Origin: an uncultured Bacillota bacterium
Lineage (GTDB): Bacteria > Sysuimicrobiota > Sysuimicrobiia > Sysuimicrobiales > Segetimicrobiaceae
Direction of reading: 5' to 3'
DNA: 64,000 bases
Assembly: GCA_963804645.1 (NCBI GenBank)
Contig: CAWDRG010000009.1
Span: 1,280,001-1,344,000 of the forward strand
The notes under the pieces: generated by a model
The model's input: only the letters and a program-made list of their open reading frames with translations
The model's database searches: none
What the model was told of the DNA's origin: nothing
Shown here: positions 28,553-39,280 of the stretch, piece after piece
Layout: every line of letters begins with the position of its first letter
Numbering within the stretch: the first letter of the stretch is position 1
Program-made: the position numbers and the translations under genes

Positions 28553-29548
28553 TTACCGCCACGGCGGCGTGAGGCCGAGCTGCTCGAGCTTGGCCTCAAG
28601 TTCCGCGCGTTCGCGATTGCTGGCCAGGCTGCCGTCCTTTCTCCGGGTGAGCAGGCCGTGCTCCTCGGCTGTTTTCATCGCTCCCGCGGGGTCGTGTCGG
28701 CTCAGCAGCCGCACGACGGCCGCCTCGATGCGGGAGAAGTGGACGGCGTGCCGACGGTAGTCGAGGAACGCCTCCCAGACCAGGGGCACCCAGTTTGCGA
28801 CGATCTCGCTGCCGATGGTGGTTGCGTAACAGCGGATCTCATACTGGGCGTGGTCGTCCATCCGGAGGTCGAGGAAGTGCAGGAGGTTGTGAAGATCGAT
28901 CTTCCAGTACGCCTCGGTGTAGGTCGAGAGCGGCAGATCCTTCCTGGCCTGCTCCCGCGCCACGCCTGCGGCGATGCGCTCCTGATAGACGGCCCGCGCC
29001 CGCTCCTGAAGGTCGCGCTCCTCGGCGCTGAGACGGCTTCCCACGTCGGCGGGCACGGTGCCGCTGCTTCCCTGTCGATTCAGTGTCGACTGCAGGCGCC
29101 ACTCGCCGGGCGGGGTGCGCTGGGCGGCATCGATGGCGACCGAGTAGCGGGTCGAGTACTCGTTCACATTGGCGGTGCGGTGGCGGATGTACTGCCGCCA
29201 CGTGTCCATCGGAACGCGGAGGTGCAGCTTGAGTTCGCACATCTCGAACGGCGTCGTGTGGCGGTGGCGCATGAGGTAGCGGATCAGGCCGCGGTCCTGG
29301 TGTACGCGCTTCGTGCCCGATCCATACGAGATACGCGCCGCTTGCACGACGGCCGCGTCGTCTCCCATATAGTCGAGGAGGCGGATGAAGCCGTCATCCA
29401 GGACCTGAAGCGGTCGTCCGAGGATCGCATCGAGCGCGGGCACGCTGGGCCGTGTGAGGACCTCGGCAACGGGGCGGCCGTCCGCGTCCGGAACGCGTTC
29501 GGCGGATCCGGTGAGACCGGGGTCGGTATCGGAGAGATGGCGGCTCAT
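28553..29548 (-). CDS. thyX: FAD-dependent thymidylate synthase
   Basis: VQAARISY, LIRYLMRHRHTTPFE, ThyX motif RHRTANVNEYSTRY, REQARKDLP, HAQYEIR. Confidence 0.95.
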   Translation of the reverse strand: MSRHLSDTDPGLTGSAERVPDADGRPVAEVLTRPSVPALDAILGRPLQVLDDGFIRLLDYMGDDAAVVQAARISYGSGTKRVHQDRGLIRYLMRHRHTTPFEMCELKLHLRVPMDTWRQYIRHRTANVNEYSTRYSVAIDAAQRTPPGEWRLQSTLNRQGSSGTVPADVGSRLSAEERDLQERARAVYQERIAAGVAREQARKDLPLSTYTEAYWKIDLHNLLHFLDLRMDDHAQYEIRCYATTIGSEIVANWVPLVWEAFLDYRRHAVHFSRIEAAVVRLLSRHDPAGAMKTAEEHGLLTRRKDGSLASNRERAELEAKLEQLGLTPPWR

Positions 29549-29669
29549 CGCGAGTTGCCCGCGGCGGCGGGCGGCGAGTCCGAGCGGCGGCGACTGTGGA
29601 CGGTTCGCCTGGTTCGTGGCGGGAGCCGCCGGATCTCGTTCGTCAGCGACACGTGCGCGCGAGCCACGG

Positions 29670-30323
29670 TTACTGGCACGCCGGTAGCGAAATCGTGATC
29701 GGCACGCCGAAGTCGTAGTAGTCGATGGTGACCTGGCCCGTTTGTCCGGAGGCGGAGCCGGTGGACATGGCGCGCCGCGGCAGTCCGGTGGTGGACGCGA
29801 CATCGATCGTGGTGTTGGTCATGACGTTGCCGTCCGCAGCGGTCGTCACCGCCACGTATGTGTGCATCGGAACGTTGTCGATCGTCGTGGCCGGTCCGCG
29901 CGAGATGTTGATGGTGCCCTGCAATCCCTGGGTAAAGTTCGCGATCTCCGTGGGATCCGTCGGCAGCATGCCCGGCCCACAGTCCCAGTCGGTCGCGCCG
30001 TTCGCGGTCGTCAGGCGGTGGCGGCTTTGGCCTGCCACCGTGATGTCCTCTTCCCCCAGGCCGGCGTCGAGGAGGAACGTTGCATGCGAACGATCGGGCA
30101 GCACCTCCCACGTCAGCGTCCCGTTTCCCTGCGGCGTGACCGTCTGGATCTTCATCTTAAACGCGGGCAGCGCGAGCAGCTTCTGAAACGCGGCATTGAG
30201 TTCTTGCCACGCGGCTTGGTCACCCGTGATCTGCAGGTTGGCCTGGGACGCACGGGCGCACGCGAGTATCGCGATCGCCGCCAGCGCCGCCGACAGCCAC
30301 CTTCTCCCCGGCGGATAACGCAT
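29670..30323 (-). CDS. Secreted hypothetical protein, possibly LolA/LppX-like fold
   Basis: GGAGG RBS, signal peptide, C-terminal TGLPRR..VTIDYYDFGVPITISLP. Fold assignment is inference. Confidence 0.7.
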   Translation of the reverse strand: MRYPPGRRWLSAALAAIAILACARASQANLQITGDQAAWQELNAAFQKLLALPAFKMKIQTVTPQGNGTLTWEVLPDRSHATFLLDAGLGEEDITVAGQSRHRLTTANGATDWDCGPGMLPTDPTEIANFTQGLQGTINISRGPATTIDNVPMHTYVAVTTAADGNVMTNTTIDVASTTGLPRRAMSTGSASGQTGQVTIDYYDFGVPITISLPACQ

Positions 30324-30587
30324 CGGGTACCTCCAAGAGCACCTCCTCGTGCAGTTCGTCGGCGGCGCCTGCGTTCCTGTGAGTGAACACGGTCCAAGAC
30401 CGCGCACGGCGCGCAACGGCTGCGCGTCGTACCGCATGCAACCGCGCGCGCTTGCCGGGGCTTCTCGGCTTGGGGGTCGACCGGGTGCCGTGGTGAGGTC
30501 GCGGCGGCCGTGCCCCGTCAGGAACTTTTCGAGGCTCCCGGGCGCTTTCGAAACCATTCGGGTCCGAGACGTGAAAGGGGTTTGTGA

Positions 30588-31214
30588 ATGATGCGGCTCA
30601 CCGCATGTGGGATGTTCGTCCTCGCGCTGGCCCTGGGGGGCGCCCCCGCGTGGGCGCAGCAGACGCAGCAGACGCCCGCCGCGCACCCGGCCGCGAAGGG
30701 GGCGCGCGTGATCGGCACGATCAGCACCGCGTCGCCCGGCACGATCGTGGTGACGGGGCGCGACGGCAAGGCGATCACGGTCAAGACGACGGCGGGGACC
30801 AAGATCGTCGGCCGCGCCAAGGGGACCGTGACGCAGATCGCGGTCGGCGATACGATTCGCGTCGTGGCGGACGAGGGGCAGGACGGCACGCTGACCGCGA
30901 CGGGCGTGCAGGACGTCGCGGCGAGCGTCGGGCTGCCGGTTCGCGGACGCGGCGGCGAGAGACAGACACAGAACGGGCAGACGCTGGTCGCCGGCACGGT
31001 CGCGCAGGTGCGTGACGGCGCGGTGTCGATCACCTCCGCCGACGGCAGCGCGACCACCGTCGGCGTGCCGCAGTCGGCGCGGATCGAGCGGCTCTCGACA
31101 CTGCCGTCGGGGAGCCTCGCGGTCGGCGCGCGCGTGATGGTGCAGGGCACGCCGAACCAGGATGGGAGCGTGAGCGCGCTCGTCGTGTTGGTGGACGGAA
31201 CGGCGGCGCACTGA
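30588..31214 (+). CDS. Secreted protein with tandem OB-like (DUF5666-like) domains
   Basis: Signal peptide; two repeats GTI..IAVGDTIRV..DGTLTA and GTV..LAVGARVMV..DGSVSA. Confidence 0.75.
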   Translation: MMRLTACGMFVLALALGGAPAWAQQTQQTPAAHPAAKGARVIGTISTASPGTIVVTGRDGKAITVKTTAGTKIVGRAKGTVTQIAVGDTIRVVADEGQDGTLTATGVQDVAASVGLPVRGRGGERQTQNGQTLVAGTVAQVRDGAVSITSADGSATTVGVPQSARIERLSTLPSGSLAVGARVMVQGTPNQDGSVSALVVLVDGTAAH

Positions 31215-31229
31215 CGGACCGGCAGCGGC

Positions 31230-31266
31230 ACGCGGCGGGAGGCTCCCTCGGAAGCCCCCGCCGCGT
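31230..31266. terminator. Hairpin between convergent genes
   Basis: ACGCGGCGGG (31230-31239) pairs with CCCGCCGCGT (31257-31266), followed by TGTT. Confidence 0.55.
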
Positions 31267-31268
31267 TG

Positions 31269-32042
31269 TTACGGCTTCGCGCAGAGCAGCACGAGTTCGT
31301 CCCAGGCGAACTGCACGTCCGCGCCGTCTCGGCGGATCTGGAACGCGGCCGCGGCGTCGGGGGGCGCGGTGAGAAACTCCGCCCGCAGCGACTCCGCGAC
31401 GTCGGCCGTCACGCCGGCTCGCCGCACCCAGTCGTCGAACGTCAGCGGCACGTGCGTCATCACGGCCGCGTTCACGCGCAGTCCGCACTCCTCGAACAGC
31501 GCACGGAGACGGCTCGGCGGGTCACAGGCCACGTGCGAGGGGTCGCGTCGAACTTCCCAGCTGTTCATCAGCGCGGCGAGACGCGCGTCCTCCGGCGCGC
31601 ACGTATCGACGAGGACGATGCGGCCGCCCGACCGTGCGACGCGCGCCATCTCCGCCACCGCCTGCGTGAGGTGCGGGAAGTGGTGAGCGGCGTGGCGGCA
31701 CGTGACGAGATCGAACGCGCCGCTGCGGAACGGCATCGCCTCCGCGTCGCCGAGGCAGAACTCCACGTTCGTGACGCCCCGCCCGGCCTGCAGGGCGCGC
31801 GCCTCGCGCAGCATGCCGGCCGTCATGTCGAGCCCGACGACCCGCCGGCAGTGGGGCGCGAGCGCCAGCGCGGTGAATCCGGTGCCGGTGGCGACGTCGA
31901 GCGCGCCCTCGGAGGCCGCGGGCGCGGCGAGGCGCAGCAGCGCGTCGAGCCCTTCCGAGTGCCGGTGCACCTGGCTCACCGCGTACCAGGCGGCCTGGCG
32001 GCCGAACTGAGAACGGACGGAGCGTTTCGGATCGTCAGGCAT
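31269..32042 (-). CDS. Class I SAM-dependent methyltransferase (UbiE-like)
   Basis: LDVATGTG, GLDMT, GDAEAMPF..FDLVTCRHAAHHF, RDPSH. Confidence 0.9.
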   Translation of the reverse strand: MPDDPKRSVRSQFGRQAAWYAVSQVHRHSEGLDALLRLAAPAASEGALDVATGTGFTALALAPHCRRVVGLDMTAGMLREARALQAGRGVTNVEFCLGDAEAMPFRSGAFDLVTCRHAAHHFPHLTQAVAEMARVARSGGRIVLVDTCAPEDARLAALMNSWEVRRDPSHVACDPPSRLRALFEECGLRVNAAVMTHVPLTFDDWVRRAGVTADVAESLRAEFLTAPPDAAAAFQIRRDGADVQFAWDELVLLCAKP

Positions 32043-32090
32043 CGAGTCCTCCGGGCAGGATCGCGCGCGGCGCGGACGAATGAAGCCCCG

Positions 32091-32504
32091 ATGGGTCTTC
32101 CCGAATGGCACGCGTGGCCGGTCCTGCTCGTGCTCACCCTCGCGGGTGACGTCCTGTGCGTGGCGCTGGCCGCGTTCGGTGACCTCACCGGCCGCACCCG
32201 CATGCCGCATGCGTTCTGGTGGATTCTGTGGCTCGCGCAGATTCCCCTCGGGCTGCAGATCGTGCTGGGCCTGGCGCTGTACTCCGAAGGGGCACGCCCC
32301 CGCACCGCCATGCATTTCCTGTACGGGGCGCTCATCGTGCTGACGCTCGGCGCGCTGTTTGTGCTTCGTCCGGGGAGCGCGAACCGACGCCGCTGGGTGC
32401 CGGACGAAGCCGGGTTCCGCGAATCGCGGTGGCTCGCCGTGCTCTGTCTGTTTCTTGCCGGGCTGGTCGGGCGGGTCTACATGACCGGCGCGATCGGGCA
32501 TTGA
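32091..32504 (+). CDS. Membrane hypothetical protein (about 4 TM)
   Basis: Four hydrophobic helices; LQIVLG, MHFLYG, RVYMTG. Confidence 0.7.
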   Translation: MGLPEWHAWPVLLVLTLAGDVLCVALAAFGDLTGRTRMPHAFWWILWLAQIPLGLQIVLGLALYSEGARPRTAMHFLYGALIVLTLGALFVLRPGSANRRRWVPDEAGFRESRWLAVLCLFLAGLVGRVYMTGAIGH

Positions 32505-32530
32505 CAAAGCGCACGCGGGCCGTGTACAAT
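32501..32530 (+). promoter_or_regulatory. Sigma70-type promoter of the ilv-leu operon
   Basis: TTGACA (32501-32506), 18 bp spacer, TACAAT (32525-32530). Confidence 0.7.
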
Positions 32531-32644
32531 TTTTGGACATAGCCCGGGGTTTCAGTTCGACCCGCCGAAGGTCGCACAGGCTCACGTGGGTGAAACCAAG
32601 GGAAACGCCGCCGGAGGCGCGGAGTCGGCGCCGCAGCGGCGGTA

Positions 32645-32898
32645 GAGGCGATGAGGAGACCGGATCGCAGCCGTTCCGGGTCCGAGAGAGCTGGGGACAG
32701 GTGAGAACCAGCATCCGGCGCTGCGAACGCTCCACTCCGAGCCGCGGGAACCAAAGGCCGCTCAGGCGCGCCGAGTAGCACCCGCCGGAACCCGCCGTGA
32801 CCGGGTTGAGTGCCGTCCGGGCCGCGCTGGCCGGACGGAACTAAGGTGGTACCGCGGGGAGTCCCGTCCTTAGAGGGCTCCGCGCGGTTTTTGTTTTT
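32645..32898 (+). ncRNA. T-box riboswitch (transcriptional), probably Leu-specific
   Basis: GA-motif GCGATGA, AG box GAGAGAG, GGTGAGA loop, GAA then candidate specifier CTC (32730-32732), AGTA, T-box AAGGTGGTACCGCG (32843-32856), antiterminator strand CGTCCTT (32865-32871). Confidence 0.9.
32852..32898 (+). terminator. T-box intrinsic terminator
   Basis: CCGCGGGGAGTCCC pairs imperfectly with GGGCTCCGCGCGG, followed by TTTTTGTTTTT. Confidence 0.8.
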
Positions 32899-32951
32899 CG
32901 CGAGGATGTTGGGACAGGCGCAGCGATCGACATCGAAGGGGGACGGGGACC

Positions 32952-34694
32952 ATGGCACGGCAGACGACGTCGGTCGCGAGAGCGACCACCGCCACAACGA
33001 CAAAGCGGATGAGTGGGGCTCAGGCGCTCGTGGAGAGCCTGCATCGCGCGGGCGTCGACACGATCTTCGGGCACCCGGGCGGCGCCGCGCTTCCGCTCTA
33101 CGATGCGCTCTATGACGCGGGGCCGTTGCGCCACGTGCTCGTCCGCCACGAGCAGGTGGCCGCGCACGCGGCGACCGGCTACCACCGGGTGACCGGCAAG
33201 GTCGGCGTGTGCATGGCAACCTCCGGCCCGGGCGCGACCAACCTGATCACCGGGATCGCCGACGCGATGATGGATTCGGCCGGGATCGTCGCGATCGTCG
33301 GACAGGTCCCCACGTCGGCGATCGGCAGCGACGCGTTCCAGGAGGCGGACGTCATCGGCATCTCGATGCCCGTGACGAAGCACAACTGTCAGGTGCAGCG
33401 GGCGCTCGATCTGCCTCGGATGGTGCTCCAGAGCTTCCTCATCGCCGGCAGCGGACGCCCGGGGCCGGTGCTGGTCGATATCCCCCGCGACATTGCGCAG
33501 ACGGAAGCGGAGTTCGAGTTTCCCGAGCAGGTGACGCTGCGCCCCGGCAAGGTGCCGCCGGCGGTGCCGAGCCCGAATCAGATCGCCGCGGCGGCCGCGC
33601 TGCTCGCGGGGGCGGTCCGGCCGGTCATCTACGCGGGCGGCGGCGTGATCACGTCGAATGCCGCGCCCGAGCTGACGGCGCTGGCGCGGCGGACGCGGAT
33701 CCCCGTGACGACGACGCTCATGGGGAAGGGCGGATTTCCGGAGACCGATCCGCTGTCGCTCGGCATGCTGGGGATGCACGGCACCGCCTACGCCAACTAC
33801 GCGATCAACGCGGCCGACGTCATCCTCGCGGTCGGCGTGCGGTTCGACGACCGGGTAACCGGGCGCCTCAAGGATTTTGCTCCGGGAGCCAAGTTCATCC
33901 ACATCGACATCGATCCGGCGGAGATCGGGAAGAACAAGCCCGCGCACGTGCCGATCGTCGGCGATGCCAAGGAATCGCTGCGGGTGCTCGACGGGCAGCT
34001 CCGGCCGCCGGACACGGAGGCGTGGCACCGGCAGATCGCCGAGTGGAAGGCGCGGTACCCGCTGCGCCACCGGCAGCGCGGCGACGTGATCAAGCCGCAG
34101 TTCGCGATCGATGAGATCTACCGCGCCACCGAGGGGAAGGCGATCGTGGTCACCGACGTCGGCCAGCATCAGATGTGGGCCGCGCAATTCTACCTGACGA
34201 CGGAGCCCCGCACGTGGCTGTCGTCCGGCGGCCTGGGGACCATGGGCTTCGGGTTTCCGGCGGCGCTCGGCGCGCAGGTCGGGCGGCCCGACGCGCTGGT
34301 GTGTGCCATCGTCGGCGATGGCAGCTTTCAAATGACGCTGCAGGATCTCGCCACCGCGGTCGACGCGAAGCTTCCGCTGAAGATCTACATCATCGACAAC
34401 GGGTCCCTCGGCATGGTCCGCCAGTGGCAGGAGCTGTTCTACCGGGAGCGGTACTCGCACGTTTTCCTCAAGAACCCGGACTTCGCGAAGATCGCGGAGG
34501 CGTACGGCGCGGTCGGGATCAACGTGGGCCGGACCGACGAGCTGCGTCCCGCGATCATGCGCTCGCTGGAGATCACCGACCGCCCATGCCTCGTGGCGAT
34601 CACGTGCGATCCCGAGGAGAACTGCTATCCGATGATCCCGTCCGGCCAATCGATCAAGGAGATGATTATCGAAGATGAACGCGTCCGCGATTGA
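32952..34694 (+). CDS. ilvB: Acetolactate synthase large subunit
   Basis: [53 protein letters not shown]. Confidence 0.97.
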   Translation: MARQTTSVARATTATTTKRMSGAQALVESLHRAGVDTIFGHPGGAALPLYDALYDAGPLRHVLVRHEQVAAHAATGYHRVTGKVGVCMATSGPGATNLITGIADAMMDSAGIVAIVGQVPTSAIGSDAFQEADVIGISMPVTKHNCQVQRALDLPRMVLQSFLIAGSGRPGPVLVDIPRDIAQTEAEFEFPEQVTLRPGKVPPAVPSPNQIAAAAALLAGAVRPVIYAGGGVITSNAAPELTALARRTRIPVTTTLMGKGGFPETDPLSLGMLGMHGTAYANYAINAADVILAVGVRFDDRVTGRLKDFAPGAKFIHIDIDPAEIGKNKPAHVPIVGDAKESLRVLDGQLRPPDTEAWHRQIAEWKARYPLRHRQRGDVIKPQFAIDEIYRATEGKAIVVTDVGQHQMWAAQFYLTTEPRTWLSSGGLGTMGFGFPAALGAQVGRPDALVCAIVGDGSFQMTLQDLATAVDAKLPLKIYIIDNGSLGMVRQWQELFYRERYSHVFLKNPDFAKIAEAYGAVGINVGRTDELRPAIMRSLEITDRPCLVAITCDPEENCYPMIPSGQSIKEMIIEDERVRD

Positions 34695-35220
34695 GCTGCT
34701 CGGGGGCACGGCGAGCCCGGCCCGGCCCGGCGCGATGAAGCACACGATCTCGGTGCTCGTCGAGAATGCCCCCGGCGTCCTGTCAAAGGTCTCCGGCCTG
34801 TTCCGCCGGCGCGGCTACAACATTCACAGTCTGGCCGTCGGCGTGACGGAGCAGCCGTCCGTGTCGCGCATGATCATCGTGGTCGAGGGCGCGCCGGAGA
34901 TCCTGGAGCAGATCATCAAGCAGCTGAACAAGGTCATGGAGGTTATCAAGGTCAACGACGTGACGGGCTTCAGCACCGTGGACCGCGAGCTCGCGTTGAT
35001 CAAGCTCAACGCGTCGCCGACGACCCGGATGGAGATCATGGAGATCAGCAACGTCTTTCGCGCCAGCGTCGTCGATCTGACCGAGAAGACGATGACCCTC
35101 GAGGTGACGGGGCGCTCAGACAAGATCGACGCGATCATGTCGCTGCTGCAGAAGTACGGCGTGCGAGAGATGACGCGGACCGGTCAGGTCACGCTCGTTC
35201 GCGGCACGCAACCCACTTAG
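34675..35220 (+). CDS. ilvN: Acetolactate synthase small subunit
   Basis: [39 protein letters not shown]. True start may be ATG 34735. Confidence 0.95.
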   Translation: MNASAIELLGGTASPARPGAMKHTISVLVENAPGVLSKVSGLFRRRGYNIHSLAVGVTEQPSVSRMIIVVEGAPEILEQIIKQLNKVMEVIKVNDVTGFSTVDRELALIKLNASPTTRMEIMEISNVFRASVVDLTEKTMTLEVTGRSDKIDAIMSLLQKYGVREMTRTGQVTLVRGTQPT

Positions 35221-35233
35221 GAGGCCCGAACCC

Positions 35234-36283
35234 ATGCCCGCCAAGGTTTACTACGAGCCCGATGCGAACCTGAACGTCCTCCGCGGCAAGCGCGTCGCCG
35301 TGATCGGCTACGGCAGCCAGGGGCACGCCCAGGCGCAGAACCTCAACGACAGCGGCGTGTCCGTCGTCGTCGGCCTCTACAAGGGGAGCCGCTCCTGGGC
35401 GCAGGCCGAATCGGACGGCCTGGAGGTCACGACGGTGTCGGAGGCCGCGGCCCGGGCCGACGTGGTCCAGCTGCTGATCCCCGATGAGATCCAGGCGCGC
35501 GTGTATCAGGAAGAGATCCGGCCGCACCTCGGCGCCGGCAAGGCGCTCGGCGTGTCCCACGGGTTCAGCATCCACTTCCACCAGGTGGTCCCGTCGCCGG
35601 ATGTCGACGTCTTCATGATCGCGCCGAAGAGCCCCGGCCACCTGCTGCGGCGGATGTACGTGGAGGGCAAGGGTGTGCCGTCGCTGCTCGCGATCCATCA
35701 GGATGCGAGCGGCCGGGCGAAGGCGATCGCGCTCGCGTACGCGCACGGGATCGGGAGCCTCCGCGCGGGGGTGATCGAGACGACGTTCCGCGAGGAGACC
35801 GAGAGCGATCTGTTCGGCGAGCAGGCCGTCCTCTGCGGCGGTGTCACGGAGCTGATCAAGGCGGGATACGAGACGCTGGTTGCCGCGGGATACGCGCCGG
35901 AGATCGCGTACTTTGAGTGCCTCCACGAGATGAAGCTGATCGTGGATCTGATCTACGAGGGCGGGCTCAGCCTGATGCGCTACTCGGTCAGCAACACCGC
36001 GAAGTTCGGCGACTTCACGCGCGGCCGGCGCATCATCACGGACGAGACCCGGGCGGAGATGCGGCGGATCCTCGCCGAGATTCAGAGCGGCGCGTTCGCC
36101 AAGGAGTGGATCCTCGAGAACCAGGCGGGGCGGCCCGTGTTCCAGGCACGCTACCAGCAAGAGACCCAGCAGCCGATCGAGGAGATCGGGAAGGAGCTGC
36201 GGGCGATGATGCCGTGGCTGCAGCGCACCCCGGCCGCGCCCGCACCCCAGCCCAAGAAGTCGGAAGCGAAGGCGAAGCGCTAG
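35234..36283 (+). CDS. ilvC: Ketol-acid reductoisomerase
   Basis: [41 protein letters not shown]. Confidence 0.97.
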   Translation: MPAKVYYEPDANLNVLRGKRVAVIGYGSQGHAQAQNLNDSGVSVVVGLYKGSRSWAQAESDGLEVTTVSEAAARADVVQLLIPDEIQARVYQEEIRPHLGAGKALGVSHGFSIHFHQVVPSPDVDVFMIAPKSPGHLLRRMYVEGKGVPSLLAIHQDASGRAKAIALAYAHGIGSLRAGVIETTFREETESDLFGEQAVLCGGVTELIKAGYETLVAAGYAPEIAYFECLHEMKLIVDLIYEGGLSLMRYSVSNTAKFGDFTRGRRIITDETRAEMRRILAEIQSGAFAKEWILENQAGRPVFQARYQQETQQPIEEIGKELRAMMPWLQRTPAAPAPQPKKSEAKAKR

Positions 36284-36420
36284 CCCGAACGACCGGCCGC
36301 CGGCTGGCGGCCGGGACCCGGCGGCGGGAACGACCCGCCGCGCGGGGACGCTCGGCGGCGCACGGGCGGGAGACCCCCGCGCGGAAGCGCCGGCCGCAGC
36401 GAGACGCGGAGGACGCGGAG

Positions 36421-37962
36421 ATGGACGAGCGGATTCGGATCTTCGATACGACCCTGCGGGACGGCGAGCAGTCGCCGGGCTTCACGATGAACCAGGCGGA
36501 GAAGCTGGAGGTGGCGCGCGCGCTCGCCGCGCTGCGTGTGGACGTGATCGAGGCCGGCTTCCCGATCAGCAGCCCGGGCGACCTCGAGGGCGTGCGCCTC
36601 ATCGCGCGCGAGGTCCGCGGCCCGGTGATCGCGGGGCTGGCGCGCGCGGGCCGCCAGGACATCGACGCGGTCGTGGAGGCGGTCCGGGACGCGGAGCGGT
36701 CGCGCATCCACGTGTTCCTCGCCACCTCGGCGATCCACATGGAGCACAAGCTTCGAATGACGCCGGACCAAGTCTACGAGGCGTCGGTGGAGTCGGTGCG
36801 CTACGCCCGCACGTTCACCGACGACGTCGAGTTTTCGGCCGAGGACGCCAGCCGCTCCGACCCGGACTTTCTATGCCGGGTGCTCGAGGGCACCATCGCG
36901 GCCGGCGCCACGACGATCAACGTGCCGGATACGACCGGGTATGCGACCCCCGACGAGTACGCGGAGCTCCTGCGGTCGTTGATGGAGCGGATTCCGAACA
37001 GCGACCGGGTGATCTGGAGCGTGCACTGCCACGACGACCTCGGCCTCGCCGTCGCGAACTCGCTCGCCGCGGTGCGGATCGGCGCGCGGCAGGTGGAGTG
37101 CACGATCAACGGGATCGGCGAGCGCGCGGGCAACGCGTCGCTCGAGGAGATCGTGATGGCGCTCCACACGCGGCGGAACTACTACGGCATCGGCACCGCG
37201 CTCGACACGACGAAGATCTACCGGACCAGCCGGCTGATCAGCGCGATCTCGGGCATTTCCGTGCAGCCGAACAAGGCGATCGTCGGCGACAACGCGTTCG
37301 CGCACGAGGCTGGGATCCATCAGCACGGGGTGCTGATGAACCGCGCGACGTACGAGATCATGACGCCGGAAACGATCGGAATCCCGAGCAACAAGCTCGT
37401 GATGGGGAAGCATTCGGGCCGGCACGCGCTCAAGAAGCTCCTCGACGACAACGGCGTGCGCCTCTCGGACGCGGAGCTGCAGCGCACGTTTCAGGAGTTC
37501 AAGGCGCTGTGTGACAAGAAGAAGCACGTCACAACCGAGGACATTCTGTCCCTGGTGGAGAGCGAGATGGATCTGCGTGGGGCGCCGCAGACCTATGCGC
37601 TCAAGGCCTTCCACGTGTCGACGAGCAGCACGCTGCCTCCGATGGCGTCCGTCACCCTCGTGCGCGGCCAGGAGTTGTTCACGCAGGAAGCGTCCGGCGA
37701 CGGGCCCGTCGACTCGATGTACAACGCGATCAACAAGATCGTCGGGCTCGAGGCGACCCTCGCCGACTACGCGGTCAAGGCCATCACCGGCGGGACGGAC
37801 GCAATGGGCGAGGCCACGGTCAAGGTGCGTCACGGCGAGCGGTTGTTTGTGGGCCGCGGGACCAGCACCGACGTGCTCGACTCGAGCGCCCGAGCGTACC
37901 TGGCCGCGGTCAACAAGATCATCAACGAGCGGCAGCCGTCGATGAGCAAGGTCAACAGCTGA
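36421..37962 (+). CDS. leuA: 2-isopropylmalate synthase
   Basis: FDTTLRDGEQ, HCHDDLG, GERAGN, AHEAGIHQ, C-terminal regulatory domain GDGPVD; ATG 36421 after GGAG. Confidence 0.96.
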   Translation: MDERIRIFDTTLRDGEQSPGFTMNQAEKLEVARALAALRVDVIEAGFPISSPGDLEGVRLIAREVRGPVIAGLARAGRQDIDAVVEAVRDAERSRIHVFLATSAIHMEHKLRMTPDQVYEASVESVRYARTFTDDVEFSAEDASRSDPDFLCRVLEGTIAAGATTINVPDTTGYATPDEYAELLRSLMERIPNSDRVIWSVHCHDDLGLAVANSLAAVRIGARQVECTINGIGERAGNASLEEIVMALHTRRNYYGIGTALDTTKIYRTSRLISAISGISVQPNKAIVGDNAFAHEAGIHQHGVLMNRATYEIMTPETIGIPSNKLVMGKHSGRHALKKLLDDNGVRLSDAELQRTFQEFKALCDKKKHVTTEDILSLVESEMDLRGAPQTYALKAFHVSTSSTLPPMASVTLVRGQELFTQEASGDGPVDSMYNAINKIVGLEATLADYAVKAITGGTDAMGEATVKVRHGERLFVGRGTSTDVLDSSARAYLAAVNKIINERQPSMSKVNS

Positions 37963-38030
37963 CGCGCGGCACCGCGCGGCCGGATCCCGGGAGCGCCGCG
38001 GGCCCGGACCCCAACGAGGAGGACGCCCGA

Positions 38031-38144
38031 GTGGCTCATCCCAGCCGTCTCGCGCGGTATGACCCCACGCGTCAGAGCGGGACGCCGGGCGCGGGGATTG
38101 CGCCGTCGGCCGACGATACGCTCCGCATCGGGACGGTGACGTGA
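38031..38144 (+). pseudogene. cimA: Decayed 5' remnant of a citramalate synthase (CimA-type DRE-TIM) gene
   Basis: GAGGAGG RBS, GTG start; YDPTRQSGTPGAGIAPSADDTLRI matches the CimA N-terminal pattern YDTTLRDGxQxxGIxxSxxDKLRI with the catalytic RD/Q lost; stop after 37 aa. Confidence 0.65.
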
Positions 38145-38190
38145 TGCGCGACACGACGCATGCGCCGGATCTCCGCGCGCGGGCGCGCCG

Positions 38191-39273
38191 ATGAGTGCCG
38201 CCCGCACGTACTGCGTCGCCGTGATCCCCGGCGACGGAATTGGGCGCGAGGTCATCGCCGAGGCGGTCCGGGTGCTCGCCGAGGTAGGCCGGCGGTACGA
38301 GGTCGCCCTGTCGTTTGAGGAAGGGCTCGCCGGCGGCGGCGCGATCGACGCGGTGGGCCATCCGATCCCGCTGGAGACGGTGGAGTTGTGCCGGCGCTCC
38401 GACGCGATCCTGCTGGGCGCGTGCGGCGGGCCCAAATGGGACCGCGGTCCGGTCCACCTGCGGCCCGAGCAGGCGCTGTTCACCCTGCGGAAGACGTTTC
38501 AGCTCTATGCGAATCTGCGTCCGGCGATCGTGTCGGCGCCGCTTGTGGACGCTTCGCCGCTGCGGCGCGATCTCGTCGAGGGCACCGACATCCTGATCGT
38601 GCGCGAGTTGTGTGGCGGCATGTACTTCGGCGCCCAATCGCGGGCCGGGACGGGGGAGGCGGCGACCGCCACCGACACGCTGCCGTACTCGGTCGCGGAG
38701 ATCCGGCGGGTGGTCAAGAAGGCGTGCGAGATCGCCCGGCTCCGGCCGCGCCGCAAGGTGACGTCGGTGGACAAGGCCAACGTGCTCGAGACCTCCCGGT
38801 TGTGGCGCGAGGTCGCGACCGAGGTCGCGCGCGACTTTCCGGACGTCGCGGTCGAGCATATGCTGGTGGACAACGCGGCGCTGCAGCTGGTGCGCAACCC
38901 TCGCCAGTTCGACGTCATCGTGACCGAAAACACGTTCGGGGACATTCTCAGCGACGAGGCTGCCGGCGTGATCGGCTCGCTCGGACTCATGCCGTCGGCG
39001 AGCCTCGGCGAGGCCGCGCCCGGTCTGTTCGAACCGGTGCACGGCACCGCGCCCGACATTGCGGGCAAGGGCATCGCCAATCCGCTCGCGGCGATCCTGA
39101 CGGCGGCGTTGCTGCTGCGCTACGGCGCCGGGCACGAGGCGGCCGCGGCCGCGATCGAGACGGCGGTCACCCGGGCCCTGGCGGACGGGTGCCGGACCGG
39201 GGACATGGCCGGTACCACCGCGCCCCTCGGGACCGCGGCGATGACCGACGCCGTGCTCGCCCGCCTTGCGTAG
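38191..39273 (+). CDS. leuB: 3-isopropylmalate dehydrogenase
   Basis: PGDGIG, RPEQAL..LRK..LYANLRP, VREL.GG.YFG, VDKANVL, FGDILSDE, EPVHGTAPDIAG. Confidence 0.97.
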   Translation: MSAARTYCVAVIPGDGIGREVIAEAVRVLAEVGRRYEVALSFEEGLAGGGAIDAVGHPIPLETVELCRRSDAILLGACGGPKWDRGPVHLRPEQALFTLRKTFQLYANLRPAIVSAPLVDASPLRRDLVEGTDILIVRELCGGMYFGAQSRAGTGEAATATDTLPYSVAEIRRVVKKACEIARLRPRRKVTSVDKANVLETSRLWREVATEVARDFPDVAVEHMLVDNAALQLVRNPRQFDVIVTENTFGDILSDEAAGVIGSLGLMPSASLGEAAPGLFEPVHGTAPDIAGKGIANPLAAILTAALLLRYGAGHEAAAAAIETAVTRALADGCRTGDMAGTTAPLGTAAMTDAVLARLA

Positions 39274-39280
39274 CCCGGCG

